Below the pieces are notes generated by a model, which worked only from the letters and a program-made list of their open reading frames with translations, ran no database searches and was not told the origin of the DNA. Shown here piece by piece: positions 10,478 through 19,376 of a DNA stretch of 64,000 nucleotides (the first letter of the stretch is position 1; every line of letters starts with the position of its first letter). Both the position numbers and the translations under genes were made by a program. The DNA comes from Felixounavirus LF82P1, in sequence record OZ035762.1; one strand, written 5' to 3'.

Positions 10478-11290
10478 ATGAATACCGATGTAGAAAAGAT
10501 GCTTGAAGAAAAAGGTATTGACGAAGCGTTTTTAATCAATGCCGTAGAAAGCATGGCTATGATTCTTCGTGGTAATAACTACACAGAACAGTTTATGCCT
10601 GCAAGCTATAACCTACCTAAAGATAAGTCTGATAACGGTGCTTTTGCAGAACAGGTTAATATGATGTTGACAGACACTACACTTGCTCTGGCATCTATTG
10701 CGGTTGGTGTTGATGCACTTGCTGAGTTCATTTTTTATGAAATGCAAAAGAATGACTATATCAGAATGTCAGATGAAGATAAGGAACTGTTGCTGACTAA
10801 GGACACTGATTTCATTATTGATACGCTTATCTCATCAACGAGTGCTGTTATGGCTGTTCTTGAGAAGCGCATGGAAGAGAAACTTTCACGATATGAAAAA
10901 CTTGATTGGGGCGTAGAAGAATTAAACCCACGAATCAAAGAGATTATCCAGCAAACTAAAGAGTCTTTGGAAGAAGCTGTTGAGAATGACTCTGTAGCTG
11001 ACATCGAACCACTTCAGGTGAAAGTTGCACTGATGATTCCAGCTATCTCTACGATGATGAATATCGTTGCGCTAGTCCAACTGTCACAGATGATGGGTGT
11101 GAGTATTGAGTTCATTGAGGAGATGACTGGTGGTGTCAGTATGCAAGCAATCAATGATGTTTTGGTGAACATTGGTGCTTCCATCATTGAAGAGAAGCTA
11201 CGCATTAACTTCGGTGATGATTTTGTGAAGCAAATCTCAGCTATGGCTGAAAAAGAGTATTCACAGGCTAATACTGACCAACTGCACTAA
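10478..11290 (+). CDS. hypothetical acidic protein
   Basis: ORF track 270 aa. Confidence 0.5.
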   Translation: MNTDVEKMLEEKGIDEAFLINAVESMAMILRGNNYTEQFMPASYNLPKDKSDNGAFAEQVNMMLTDTTLALASIAVGVDALAEFIFYEMQKNDYIRMSDEDKELLLTKDTDFIIDTLISSTSAVMAVLEKRMEEKLSRYEKLDWGVEELNPRIKEIIQQTKESLEEAVENDSVADIEPLQVKVALMIPAISTMMNIVALVQLSQMMGVSIEFIEEMTGGVSMQAINDVLVNIGASIIEEKLRINFGDDFVKQISAMAEKEYSQANTDQLH

Positions 11291-11307
11291 GTCTTTATAA
11301 ATCTTAC

Positions 11308-11333
11308 AAGCCTCCTTAGTTGGGGGCTTTTTA
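11308..11333 (+). terminator. rho-independent terminator
   Basis: hairpin AAGCCTCC..GGGGGCTT followed by T-run. Confidence 0.5.
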
Positions 11334-11351
11334 GTAATTAATGGAGATAAA

Positions 11352-12095
11352 ATGAGTAATATTATAGCATTTACTGGAAAGGCGCGTTCTGGAAAAGACA
11401 CCTCATGTTCTATTGTGAAGAACATCTTAGAGGATGAGCACGGCTACAATGTTGCAGTAATGGCCTTTGCAGACAACCTTAAACTATCTGCATCAAAGAT
11501 ATTTGACTTGACTTGGAATGACCTGTACGGTGAAACTAAAGAGACTCCGCAGGTATTTGACTTATCATATCATGAACTGATGTTTAAAGTTACGGAAGCT
11601 ATGGAGTTCACCTTCAGGGATGAACGTTACCATATGGACTTCAAGCTTATGTCAGAGTTAACCGGACGATTAATCATGGAGCTTAAGAAGGTTGCTAAAC
11701 CGACTCTATTGACACGTCTGGGGTTTAGTAAAAAGTATAAATTCTCATCAAGACAAATTCAACAGATTTGGGGTACTGAAGTTGTCCGTAAAGTAATGGG
11801 CGACAAGTTCTGGTCTAAAGACCTTGAAAAAAGAATGGTTAGATTCCATGAAATGTGCTCACTTAGAAACCAATATGGCTTTGTCTTAATCAGTGATTTA
11901 AGATTTGACTCTGAAGCTGAATGGCTGAGTAGATTTGCACACCAAACTATTGAAGTAAAAAGAGACAATGTGGACAAAGTTTCATCACATGTTTCAGAAA
12001 ATGGGATTTCTACAAAATATGAGCGTGACATTATTCATAATAATGGTACTCTTGCAGACCTTGAGAACAAGCTAAGAGCCATCATTAAAGTTTAA
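11352..12095 (+). CDS. P-loop kinase, deoxynucleoside monophosphate kinase-like
   Basis: 247 aa; N-terminal GKARSGKDT Walker A resembling T4 gp1-type dNMP kinase. Confidence 0.5.
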   Translation: MSNIIAFTGKARSGKDTSCSIVKNILEDEHGYNVAVMAFADNLKLSASKIFDLTWNDLYGETKETPQVFDLSYHELMFKVTEAMEFTFRDERYHMDFKLMSELTGRLIMELKKVAKPTLLTRLGFSKKYKFSSRQIQQIWGTEVVRKVMGDKFWSKDLEKRMVRFHEMCSLRNQYGFVLISDLRFDSEAEWLSRFAHQTIEVKRDNVDKVSSHVSENGISTKYERDIIHNNGTLADLENKLRAIIKV

Positions 12096-12103
12096 AAGAG
12101 AGA

Positions 12104-12304
12104 ATGAAGATGAGAGTAAAAGACAATTTTAAAGTTATTGACCACCGTTTAGTGGAACTCTCATCTCTTTCCAATGAGGTAATGATTGAACGTCTTAAGA
12201 GAGTTGAATCACGAAGGAAAGAGATTGCAGATGAAATTCATGAACTGGACAAGATTGAAAATGGATTGAAGGCAGAACTACAACGAAGAGGTGCTAATGT
12301 CTAA
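12104..12304 (+). CDS. hypothetical small coiled-coil protein
   Basis: ORF track 66 aa. Confidence 0.4.
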   Translation: MKMRVKDNFKVIDHRLVELSSLSNEVMIERLKRVESRRKEIADEIHELDKIENGLKAELQRRGANV

Positions 12305-14282
12305 AGGTCGTAAATTGAAAGAGGCTGGTCAGTTTGTTGGTCATTGTGCATGTCCACGTTGTGGTTCATCAGATGCTGGTTCAATCTATCATCATGACGA
12401 TGATTCTTATTCAATGACTTGCTTTAGTTGTAACAAAGGTTTCCCAGAGTGGGATTTTGATAAAGGGCAAATCGTGAGCACTTATTCTACTGGTTCAGAC
12501 AATAAAAACCGTACTTTCCGTGGAATGGATTTAGACGATGTAAAAGAAAACCTTGAAGCAATGGACTTAAAGGATAGGAAGATTCCTGCAAAAGTCCTTG
12601 AACGCTTAGGTATCAAGGTTGACATTGACAGTGACGGTGAAATTGATGCGCACTTCTATCCAACTTACAAACGTAATGAAGATGGTAAGCTAGAGCACGT
12701 TGGCTACCGTGTACGTCATCGCTATCCAGAAGACCATCCAAAAGAACACCTACGAGGTAAGCTAAAAGACTTCTCAGGTGGTGTTGGAGACATTAAAGGC
12801 GAACTGGCAATGTTCGGTTCATGGATTGCTCCAGAAGGTGGTAACCGTCTATTCATCTGGGAAGGTGAGATGGAATGTGCGACAGCAATCTATATGACTT
12901 CTCTTGCGATTAAGGACAAGTCTCGTCGTAAGAATTACTGTCACGTATCTGTTCCATCGGGTGCAAACATTAAGTCTATCAAAGACAACTATCAGTACAT
13001 CACATCATTTGACGAGATTTACTTGTGCTTTGATAACGATGAAGCAGGTGCTAAAGCTACCAAAGAGGCTGCTGGTATCCTACCTATTGAGAAGGTTCGT
13101 TTATTCCAGTATCCAGAAGGTGTAAAAGACCTTAACGAATGGTGGACAAAGTTCTATAAAGAAAAAGATACAGTTCTGGAAGGATTTAAGCAGCGTATCT
13201 ACAATGCACCCCGTTACTGCCCTGCTGGTATCAAGAACTTCGCAGATGGTTTTGAGGCAATGAAGAATCGTGGTCAGATTCCATTGATTCCTTTCCCAGA
13301 ATCTTTCGGAGATTTGAACAGACTGACTTATGGTGGTTACGGTTTAGGTGAGATTACAACTCTGGCAGCACCATCTTCAGTGGGTAAATCTGCATACACT
13401 CGTGAAATGATTTATACTGCTTGGAAAGATACCGATTATAATATTGGTGTAATTCCTGTAGAAGATACCTATGAAGAGTTGATGGAGATGCTTTGTGCAA
13501 TCCACCTGAGCAAGCAGATTTCTGAGATTCCTTATGATGAACGTGATTGGGATGAATTGAAGGAGGCACATGCAGAACTATCTAAAGGTCGTCGTATCCA
13601 CATCGTAGACCATCAAGGGGCAATTGACCAAGATAACTTGCTGGAGTTTGTTGACTATCTTGTTAATAGTTTAGACTGTAAGATTATTATTCTTGACCCT
13701 ATTACGTTGGCTCTGTCACGTTCAGATACGGATGAAGAGGAAGTTTTGTCTGAGCTATTGCGTCGTTGCAAACGCTACCAGTATGCACAGGTAAACGTCT
13801 GTCACGTTCGTAAGAGTGCAGGTGGTCAGAAAGCTAACTCTGAAGGTGGAGACATCTCTGAAGAGGATATTAAGGGTTCTGGTGCGTATTTCCAGATTTC
13901 CATGAACAACATTCTGTTAATGCGTAACAAGGTTGACCCAGACCCTGTTAAGAAAAACTTGACAAAAATCAAGTTAACTAAATGCCGTCGTCACGGTAAG
14001 TCAACGGGTATTGCTGGTCATACTTGGTACAATCCAGATACAGGACGTCTCATTAAAGCATCTGGTTGTGGAGTTGACATTGATGGCGCAGCAGAAAATA
14101 TTCGCCAACAGTTTGGTATTGGTGAAGCTGAAGACCATTACGATGACTCTTTGCCACATTATGAGGATGAAGTGTTTGACCGTGAGACTGGTGAAGTCTA
14201 TACTGAAGAGCAGCGTCAAAGCTCAACGATTCCACCTGTATTAAGTGAGGATGCAGATGACTGCCCGTTCGAAACTGAGTGA
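12297..14282 (+). CDS. DNA primase-helicase (T7 gp4-like)
   Basis: Zn-binding CPRCGSSD..CFSCNKG, primase core, helicase Walker A GEITTLAAPSSVGKS; ATG 12297 chosen over GTG 12291. Confidence 0.8.
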   Translation: MSKGRKLKEAGQFVGHCACPRCGSSDAGSIYHHDDDSYSMTCFSCNKGFPEWDFDKGQIVSTYSTGSDNKNRTFRGMDLDDVKENLEAMDLKDRKIPAKVLERLGIKVDIDSDGEIDAHFYPTYKRNEDGKLEHVGYRVRHRYPEDHPKEHLRGKLKDFSGGVGDIKGELAMFGSWIAPEGGNRLFIWEGEMECATAIYMTSLAIKDKSRRKNYCHVSVPSGANIKSIKDNYQYITSFDEIYLCFDNDEAGAKATKEAAGILPIEKVRLFQYPEGVKDLNEWWTKFYKEKDTVLEGFKQRIYNAPRYCPAGIKNFADGFEAMKNRGQIPLIPFPESFGDLNRLTYGGYGLGEITTLAAPSSVGKSAYTREMIYTAWKDTDYNIGVIPVEDTYEELMEMLCAIHLSKQISEIPYDERDWDELKEAHAELSKGRRIHIVDHQGAIDQDNLLEFVDYLVNSLDCKIIILDPITLALSRSDTDEEEVLSELLRRCKRYQYAQVNVCHVRKSAGGQKANSEGGDISEEDIKGSGAYFQISMNNILLMRNKVDPDPVKKNLTKIKLTKCRRHGKSTGIAGHTWYNPDTGRLIKASGCGVDIDGAAENIRQQFGIGEAEDHYDDSLPHYEDEVFDRETGEVYTEEQRQSSTIPPVLSEDADDCPFETE

Positions 14283-14756
14283 TAGCTATAAAAGAGAGGG
14301 GTTCACACCCTTCTTTGAAGAAAAAAGTTTAAATAAATTTCATGAAGAGTGTTTGACAAAGATTGATAGGTTCTATAGAATGCTCCACATGAAATGCGAT
14401 GGAGAAGTTGAAATAGAACAACAGTTCCATCAAAGTATGATTACAGTCATCATTACACTGCCTCAGCATAATATTGGTTGGCTGTTTATAATGAAAGAAA
14501 ATGTGTTTGAATATCAAGTATATCGGAGAATATCATGAAACACTCTAAAGCATTTGAAAAAGTTTTTGGGGATTCCTTAAAAGCCACTGCTGGAAAACCA
14601 GCAAAATACTATGAAGAAAAACGTGTAAGAACTGGAAAAACTGCACGTAAAGCAGCTTCTAAAGATAAGCACAACTTCCAGTAATTAGTATTTGACAATA
14701 GAGTATCAACAAATTAGAATTGGTACTCTTCATAAATTGAGATAGAGGTTTAAATA

Positions 14757-15614
14757 ATGTCTAAAGTTGTTAAAATGAAAGCTCCGGTAGAGAAGTACAA
14801 CGGTACTGAACGTCAAACTCTGCGTTACCTGCTGAAAGATGTCTGGTTTTATTACCTGAACACTTCACCACGTCCGGGTAAAGGTAAATCTATTGACAAG
14901 AAATTCCCAGGAAAAGATTGTAACTACAGCGTATCAATTCTGGCAGAAGACGGTAACAAACTCTTTAAAGAGTTTACTAAGTCTAAGAAGAACCCAGAAG
15001 GTTGGGATAAAGTTACTACTGAAGCAGTTGATGCAGATGACTTCGAAGAGAAGTTTGGTTGCAAACCACCTTTTGAAGCAGACACTTACTACATCTTGAA
15101 AGTAAGTCGTGCAGCAGCTTATAAAGATGGTGCTGTATGGACAGCTAAACAGTCATTCCCTGTAATGCTGATTGAAGAAGTGAATGGTAAGCGTGTAGCT
15201 GTTAAACAGCCGATGAAGAAAATCAAAGCTCAAGCATCTGATAAACATGAAGATGACAAGAACTATGATGTAATTCATCCAGATATTGCAGTTGGTAACG
15301 GTTCTTTTGGTAGTGTGATTCTTTCTACTCACTTCTACACTTTTGAGAACAATGTTCTGACAAAACCTATTCAGGAACAGTTTATCATTGATACTCTTGT
15401 ACCTTACACTGGTGGTAACGGTGCTAACGGTGAACCTGAACTGGATGAAGACGAACTGGCTATGCTTGGTCTTGATGGTGTCGAAGATAACGGTGAAATC
15501 ACTGAAGAAGATGCAACAGACCATAAATCTTCGAATGAGTCTGATGATGGTGATGATGAAGATTTGCCAGACCCAGATGACGAAGAAGATGAAGACTTCG
15601 ATACAGAAGACTAA
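14757..15614 (+). CDS. single-stranded DNA-binding protein-like (acidic C-terminal tail)
   Basis: 285 aa; highly acidic C-terminus ending ..DFDTED as in T7 gp2.5-type SSBs; position next to primase. Confidence 0.45.
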   Translation: MSKVVKMKAPVEKYNGTERQTLRYLLKDVWFYYLNTSPRPGKGKSIDKKFPGKDCNYSVSILAEDGNKLFKEFTKSKKNPEGWDKVTTEAVDADDFEEKFGCKPPFEADTYYILKVSRAAAYKDGAVWTAKQSFPVMLIEEVNGKRVAVKQPMKKIKAQASDKHEDDKNYDVIHPDIAVGNGSFGSVILSTHFYTFENNVLTKPIQEQFIIDTLVPYTGGNGANGEPELDEDELAMLGLDGVEDNGEITEEDATDHKSSNESDDGDDEDLPDPDDEEDEDFDTED

Positions 15615-15676
15615 TCTCTAAAAGTTACTTTAAAGCCCTGTACTTAGTATGGGGCTTTTTCATATGGAGAGCCATA

Positions 15677-16723
15677 ATGGAGAAGTACACATTAACAAAG
15701 CTTCCCGATTCAGTTACACATGTTTTTATTGACTCTGACAGTATTGCCTATAAAGGTGCTTGTGTAGTTGAGAAAGCAAAGTATAAATATGTCAATAAAC
15801 TCACAGCAGAAGAGTCTGAGCCATTTGATAATGCGAAAGATGCTGCAAGATGGTTAGCAGACCAGAGAATCCTTGTGGAAGAGCTTGGCCTGACATTTAA
15901 TGAAGATGAATGGGAAAGGCAGACTTGGAAAGAAGCTAAGAGTGAAAAAGAAGCTATCATGGCTACTCAACAGGTGCTTCAGGAATGGCTTAAGATTGTT
16001 GGTAAAGAAAGAACTTGGGTAGGCTATTTAACAGAGAAAGGTGTGCATAAACATAAAGACATTAAAGGTCTTGAGCACCAATATCAAGGGAACCGTAAAG
16101 ATGCTGTCACACCAACACACTTAGTTGCTTGTCGTGAGTATCTTCTGTCAAGACCAGAGTTCAAACTCTTAAAGGGAGGATTCGAAGCCGATTCAATCGT
16201 AATTGCTAAAGCTGAAAAGATGGGTAAGAAAGCTGCTCTTATGAGTATTGACAAAGACCTTCGACAAGCTGAAGGAACTTATTGTATTGATATGACTTAT
16301 GAAAAGTCACCACTAATTTTTATCGCTGATAATAATGTTGGTAATATCTGGGATTGCCCTATCAAATCAAAACCAAAAGCTGCAAAAACAGTTGGTGTAG
16401 GTTTTAAATTCTTGTGTTATCAGGCTGTTGCCGGAGATAATGCAGACAACTACTTCGGCCTAAAAGGTGCTGGTAAAGTAGCTGTGATGAACGCTTTAGA
16501 GGGTAAAGAGACCTATAAAGAGTGTCTTGACGCTATCTATGAACTCTATGCTAAAAAAGACTCTTATACCTATGTGTCATGGGATGGACAGACTGTTACA
16601 AAGACACCATTGGAGTTAATGGAACAGCATTTCTTCCTAGCTTATCAAGAGCGAAATAAATCAGATATTTTTTCATTTGAAAAGTATGGTTGGACTCCAA
16701 ATGTTGACTCAGCAGATACTTAA
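15677..16723 (+). CDS. 5'-3' exonuclease / flap endonuclease (PIN + H3TH)
   Basis: 348 aa; FIDSDSIAYKG (metal-binding), later GDNADNYFGLKGAGKVA helix-3-turn-helix. Confidence 0.6.
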   Translation: MEKYTLTKLPDSVTHVFIDSDSIAYKGACVVEKAKYKYVNKLTAEESEPFDNAKDAARWLADQRILVEELGLTFNEDEWERQTWKEAKSEKEAIMATQQVLQEWLKIVGKERTWVGYLTEKGVHKHKDIKGLEHQYQGNRKDAVTPTHLVACREYLLSRPEFKLLKGGFEADSIVIAKAEKMGKKAALMSIDKDLRQAEGTYCIDMTYEKSPLIFIADNNVGNIWDCPIKSKPKAAKTVGVGFKFLCYQAVAGDNADNYFGLKGAGKVAVMNALEGKETYKECLDAIYELYAKKDSYTYVSWDGQTVTKTPLELMEQHFFLAYQERNKSDIFSFEKYGWTPNVDSADT

Positions 16724-17201
16724 AGAATATCTACACTATGACCCCGAAACAGGGGTCTTTACGTGGATAAAGAAATCAGCTAACAGAACAGTTATAGGTT
16801 CCATTGCAGGTACACCACATAAGCGAGGTTATATTAGGATAAAAATTAAAAGAAAACCCTATATGGCTCATGATTTAGCAATCCTGTACACAGATGGTTT
16901 CCTACCTAACAGAGTAGACCATCGCAACGGCATTACTAATGATAATCGGAGATTAAATCTAAGGGTTTGCACACAAGCTGAAAACTCTTGGAATAGAAGA
17001 ACACACTCCAACAACACATCTGGAGTTAAGGGTGTATCTTTCTATAAGGCTAACCAAAAATGGAAGGCCAGAGTTATGACACACGGAGTATCTCACTTTC
17101 TGGGGTATTTTGACAGTATTGAAGATGCCAAAGATGCAGTCACAAAGAAAAGAGAAGAACTACATAAAGAGTTTTCAAATCACGGAGAAGCTTATGAATG
17201 A
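16677..17201 (+). CDS. HNH homing endonuclease with AP2-like domain
   Basis: 174 aa; VDHRNGITNDNRRLNLRVCTQAEN; paralog of 6562-7125. Confidence 0.6.
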   Translation: MKSMVGLQMLTQQILKEYLHYDPETGVFTWIKKSANRTVIGSIAGTPHKRGYIRIKIKRKPYMAHDLAILYTDGFLPNRVDHRNGITNDNRRLNLRVCTQAENSWNRRTHSNNTSGVKGVSFYKANQKWKARVMTHGVSHFLGYFDSIEDAKDAVTKKREELHKEFSNHGEAYE

Positions 17202-17695
17202 AGATTAAAGGATTTGGCAATTGCCCTACCTACGGTCATTGGGTATCTTTATGTGGGGAAGTTGACCCCACTAAACATTTTGGCTTTGTCTATTTAGTAC
17301 ACTGTAAGAAGACTGGACAATATTATATAGGAAAGAAACAGCTTAACAGTGTGACCAAAAGAAAAGTTGCTGGGAAGACTCGGAAGAAGGTAGTCACTAA
17401 GGAAAGTGATTGGATGACTTACGAAACCTCTTCTGAGTATATTAAAAAAGATATTGAGAGCTTTGGAAAAGAATTTTTTGACTTTTACATTATCCAAACC
17501 TACTACACAAAAGGTGGCCTAGTCTATGGTGAAGCAAACCTTCAACATAAATTCGATGTAATGACAAAAAGGATTGACTCGAAGCTCAGACTCTTCTACA
17601 ATGCCAATATTGCAGCAATTAAGTTTATTACTAAAGAAACTTATGAAGATGCTGAAAAAAGAATCCATAAGGTAATGAAAGCAAATTGTGCTTGA
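17198..17695 (+). CDS. hypothetical protein, possible GIY-YIG nuclease motif
   Basis: 165 aa; FVYLVHCKKTGQYYIGKK resembles GIY..YIG; weak. Confidence 0.35.
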   Translation: MKIKGFGNCPTYGHWVSLCGEVDPTKHFGFVYLVHCKKTGQYYIGKKQLNSVTKRKVAGKTRKKVVTKESDWMTYETSSEYIKKDIESFGKEFFDFYIIQTYYTKGGLVYGEANLQHKFDVMTKRIDSKLRLFYNANIAAIKFITKETYEDAEKRIHKVMKANCA

Positions 17696-17701
17696 TAACT
17701 A

Positions 17702-17947
17702 TTGAGAGAGAATAAAATGTTTAACAAAAGCAAAGCTGTGAGTCATGTAGCAAAAGTTGACAGCAAGATTGAAGAACTTGAGCGCATCCTTGCAAATGCT
17801 AGAGAGTCAATAATCAAAGAAGTTGAAGCTGTTGAATCTCAAATGCAGCACCTAATGCTTAAACGTCAAGAGCTACGTGAGCATCTAGAATATATTGAAA
17901 CACGAGAGCTAAAAGTTAACAGATTTTTAAGGAGTCCAAATGTTTAA
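17702..17947 (+). CDS. hypothetical coiled-coil protein
   Basis: ORF track 81 aa. Confidence 0.4.
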   Translation: MRENKMFNKSKAVSHVAKVDSKIEELERILANARESIIKEVEAVESQMQHLMLKRQELREHLEYIETRELKVNRFLRSPNV

Positions 17948-18695
17948 CTCAAGAGAAGCAGTAAAAAACTGGAATCTTCGTTGTGGAAACACTCAAAAGC
18001 AACCTTACAGTGATGAGTATTGGGAATCTTTAAAATCCCAGTCTCTGTGTATGCTGGAAGAAGCAAAAGAGCTTGTAAAAGCAATTGAAGAGAAAGACCC
18101 CATTGAGACACTGGATGCTCAGGCAGATTTGCAATATGTTCTTGACGGTTTGATTTACCTGTCACAACATGACCATAACGGTGCTATGAAAGCTGTTTGC
18201 CGTAATAATGACCTGAAGTACACAGATGACTATGAAGAAGCTTTAAAACGTCTTGCAGATATTGAGAAGCGTACTGGTCAAGAGTGTATTATCAGAATGT
18301 CAGTAGTTGATGGTAAAGAGTGGTATGCCATTGTTCGTGCAGCAGATGGGAAGATTATGAAGCAATCGAATCTCCCTAAAGTACAGCTTGGTGAATACAT
18401 TGTAGAACTTGAAAGCCAAGAACTTTTTGTGGTAGTATCTGAGACATGCGTTATCTGCAAAGGTATTGTAGATAGTTTAAAGGATTTGGGTGTAGATGGT
18501 TTTGTAGAAGTTAATCCAATTACCTCTAAAGCAGATAAAGACTTCTGTAAAGAGAATGGACTATGGATTGCAGATATTGTCTATTATGATGGTGAGCAGT
18601 TCCATGTAACCTCATACCCGAAACTGAATTATGATGCTAATAACCTGAAGTGCTGGTTAAAAGGGGTTGGTTATAATGGATTCACAGAACATTAA
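17940..18695 (+). CDS. hypothetical protein
   Basis: ORF track 251 aa. Confidence 0.5.
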   Translation: MFNSREAVKNWNLRCGNTQKQPYSDEYWESLKSQSLCMLEEAKELVKAIEEKDPIETLDAQADLQYVLDGLIYLSQHDHNGAMKAVCRNNDLKYTDDYEEALKRLADIEKRTGQECIIRMSVVDGKEWYAIVRAADGKIMKQSNLPKVQLGEYIVELESQELFVVVSETCVICKGIVDSLKDLGVDGFVEVNPITSKADKDFCKENGLWIADIVYYDGEQFHVTSYPKLNYDANNLKCWLKGVGYNGFTEH

Positions 18696-18999
18696 TAAAG
18701 AGGGTGTGGCTCAGAAGAGCCACTTCTCAAACTACAATATTTCTATGACGGTGTTCATGAATGACCCGTTACTAGAAAAATATGGTGAGACTCCAGATAC
18801 ACTTCTGGACAATGAACAAGTTTTAAAAGCAGTCCTGTACAAATATGGGATTGATATTGAGAAAGAATATTCCTTTGAAATCTGCCAACACAGGAATACT
18901 TTCGGTAAAGTTGTGATGGCTCCACTCTTTATGGGTGTAGAAAGGACTGACTATGGTTGGTTATATCTAAAAAGAAACTTGGAGAAATACCGTGTCTAA
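18676..18999 (+). CDS. hypothetical protein
   Basis: ORF track (18667) trimmed to internal ATG. Confidence 0.4.
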   Translation: MDSQNINKEGVAQKSHFSNYNISMTVFMNDPLLEKYGETPDTLLDNEQVLKAVLYKYGIDIEKEYSFEICQHRNTFGKVVMAPLFMGVERTDYGWLYLKRNLEKYRV

Positions 19000-19330
19000 A
19001 GCAAAAAAGCTATCTTATGATGATATTGTCTCAGGTGCTAAGTTAGGCGTTGACAGCCTCGGACAAGATGTTAAGCACGGGGACACAGTTATGTACTGTG
19101 ATGACCGAAGAGGTAGAAGTGCAATCTTGTTTGGAAGAATTGTTTGCAAGATGCGAGGCAATTACGTTGTTGCAGACATGGATGTGAACGTTACACAAAA
19201 ACTTGAAACACTTATGGATGATAATACATCATCATGGTTCTCCCTGAACTGTATGCACACTTCTTCAGTCACAAAAGTAAGTGATAAGTTTTACGATATG
19301 TGGCAGAATGAGCAAATTTTCAAGATTTAA
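18992..19330 (+). CDS. hypothetical protein
   Basis: ORF track 112 aa. Confidence 0.45.
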   Translation: MSKAKKLSYDDIVSGAKLGVDSLGQDVKHGDTVMYCDDRRGRSAILFGRIVCKMRGNYVVADMDVNVTQKLETLMDDNTSSWFSLNCMHTSSVTKVSDKFYDMWQNEQIFKI

Positions 19331-19335
19331 ACTAG

Positions 19336-19357
19336 GGAGCCTCTTCGGAGGCTCTTT
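19336..19357 (+). terminator. rho-independent terminator
   Basis: GGAGCCTC-TTCG-GAGGCTC hairpin + TTTT. Confidence 0.6.
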
Positions 19358-19376
19358 TCATCTGTAGGATTCAAAA

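Noticed and set aside
10756-15621. Antisense or alternate-frame ORFs overlapping early genes (10756-11004, 11014-11205, 11759-12031, 12904-13125, 13354-13571, 14001-14244, 14893-15099, 15153-15524, 15388-15621)
   Set aside because: Each lies within a longer same-locus ORF that has a recognisable product or better context; no independent RBS or motif.
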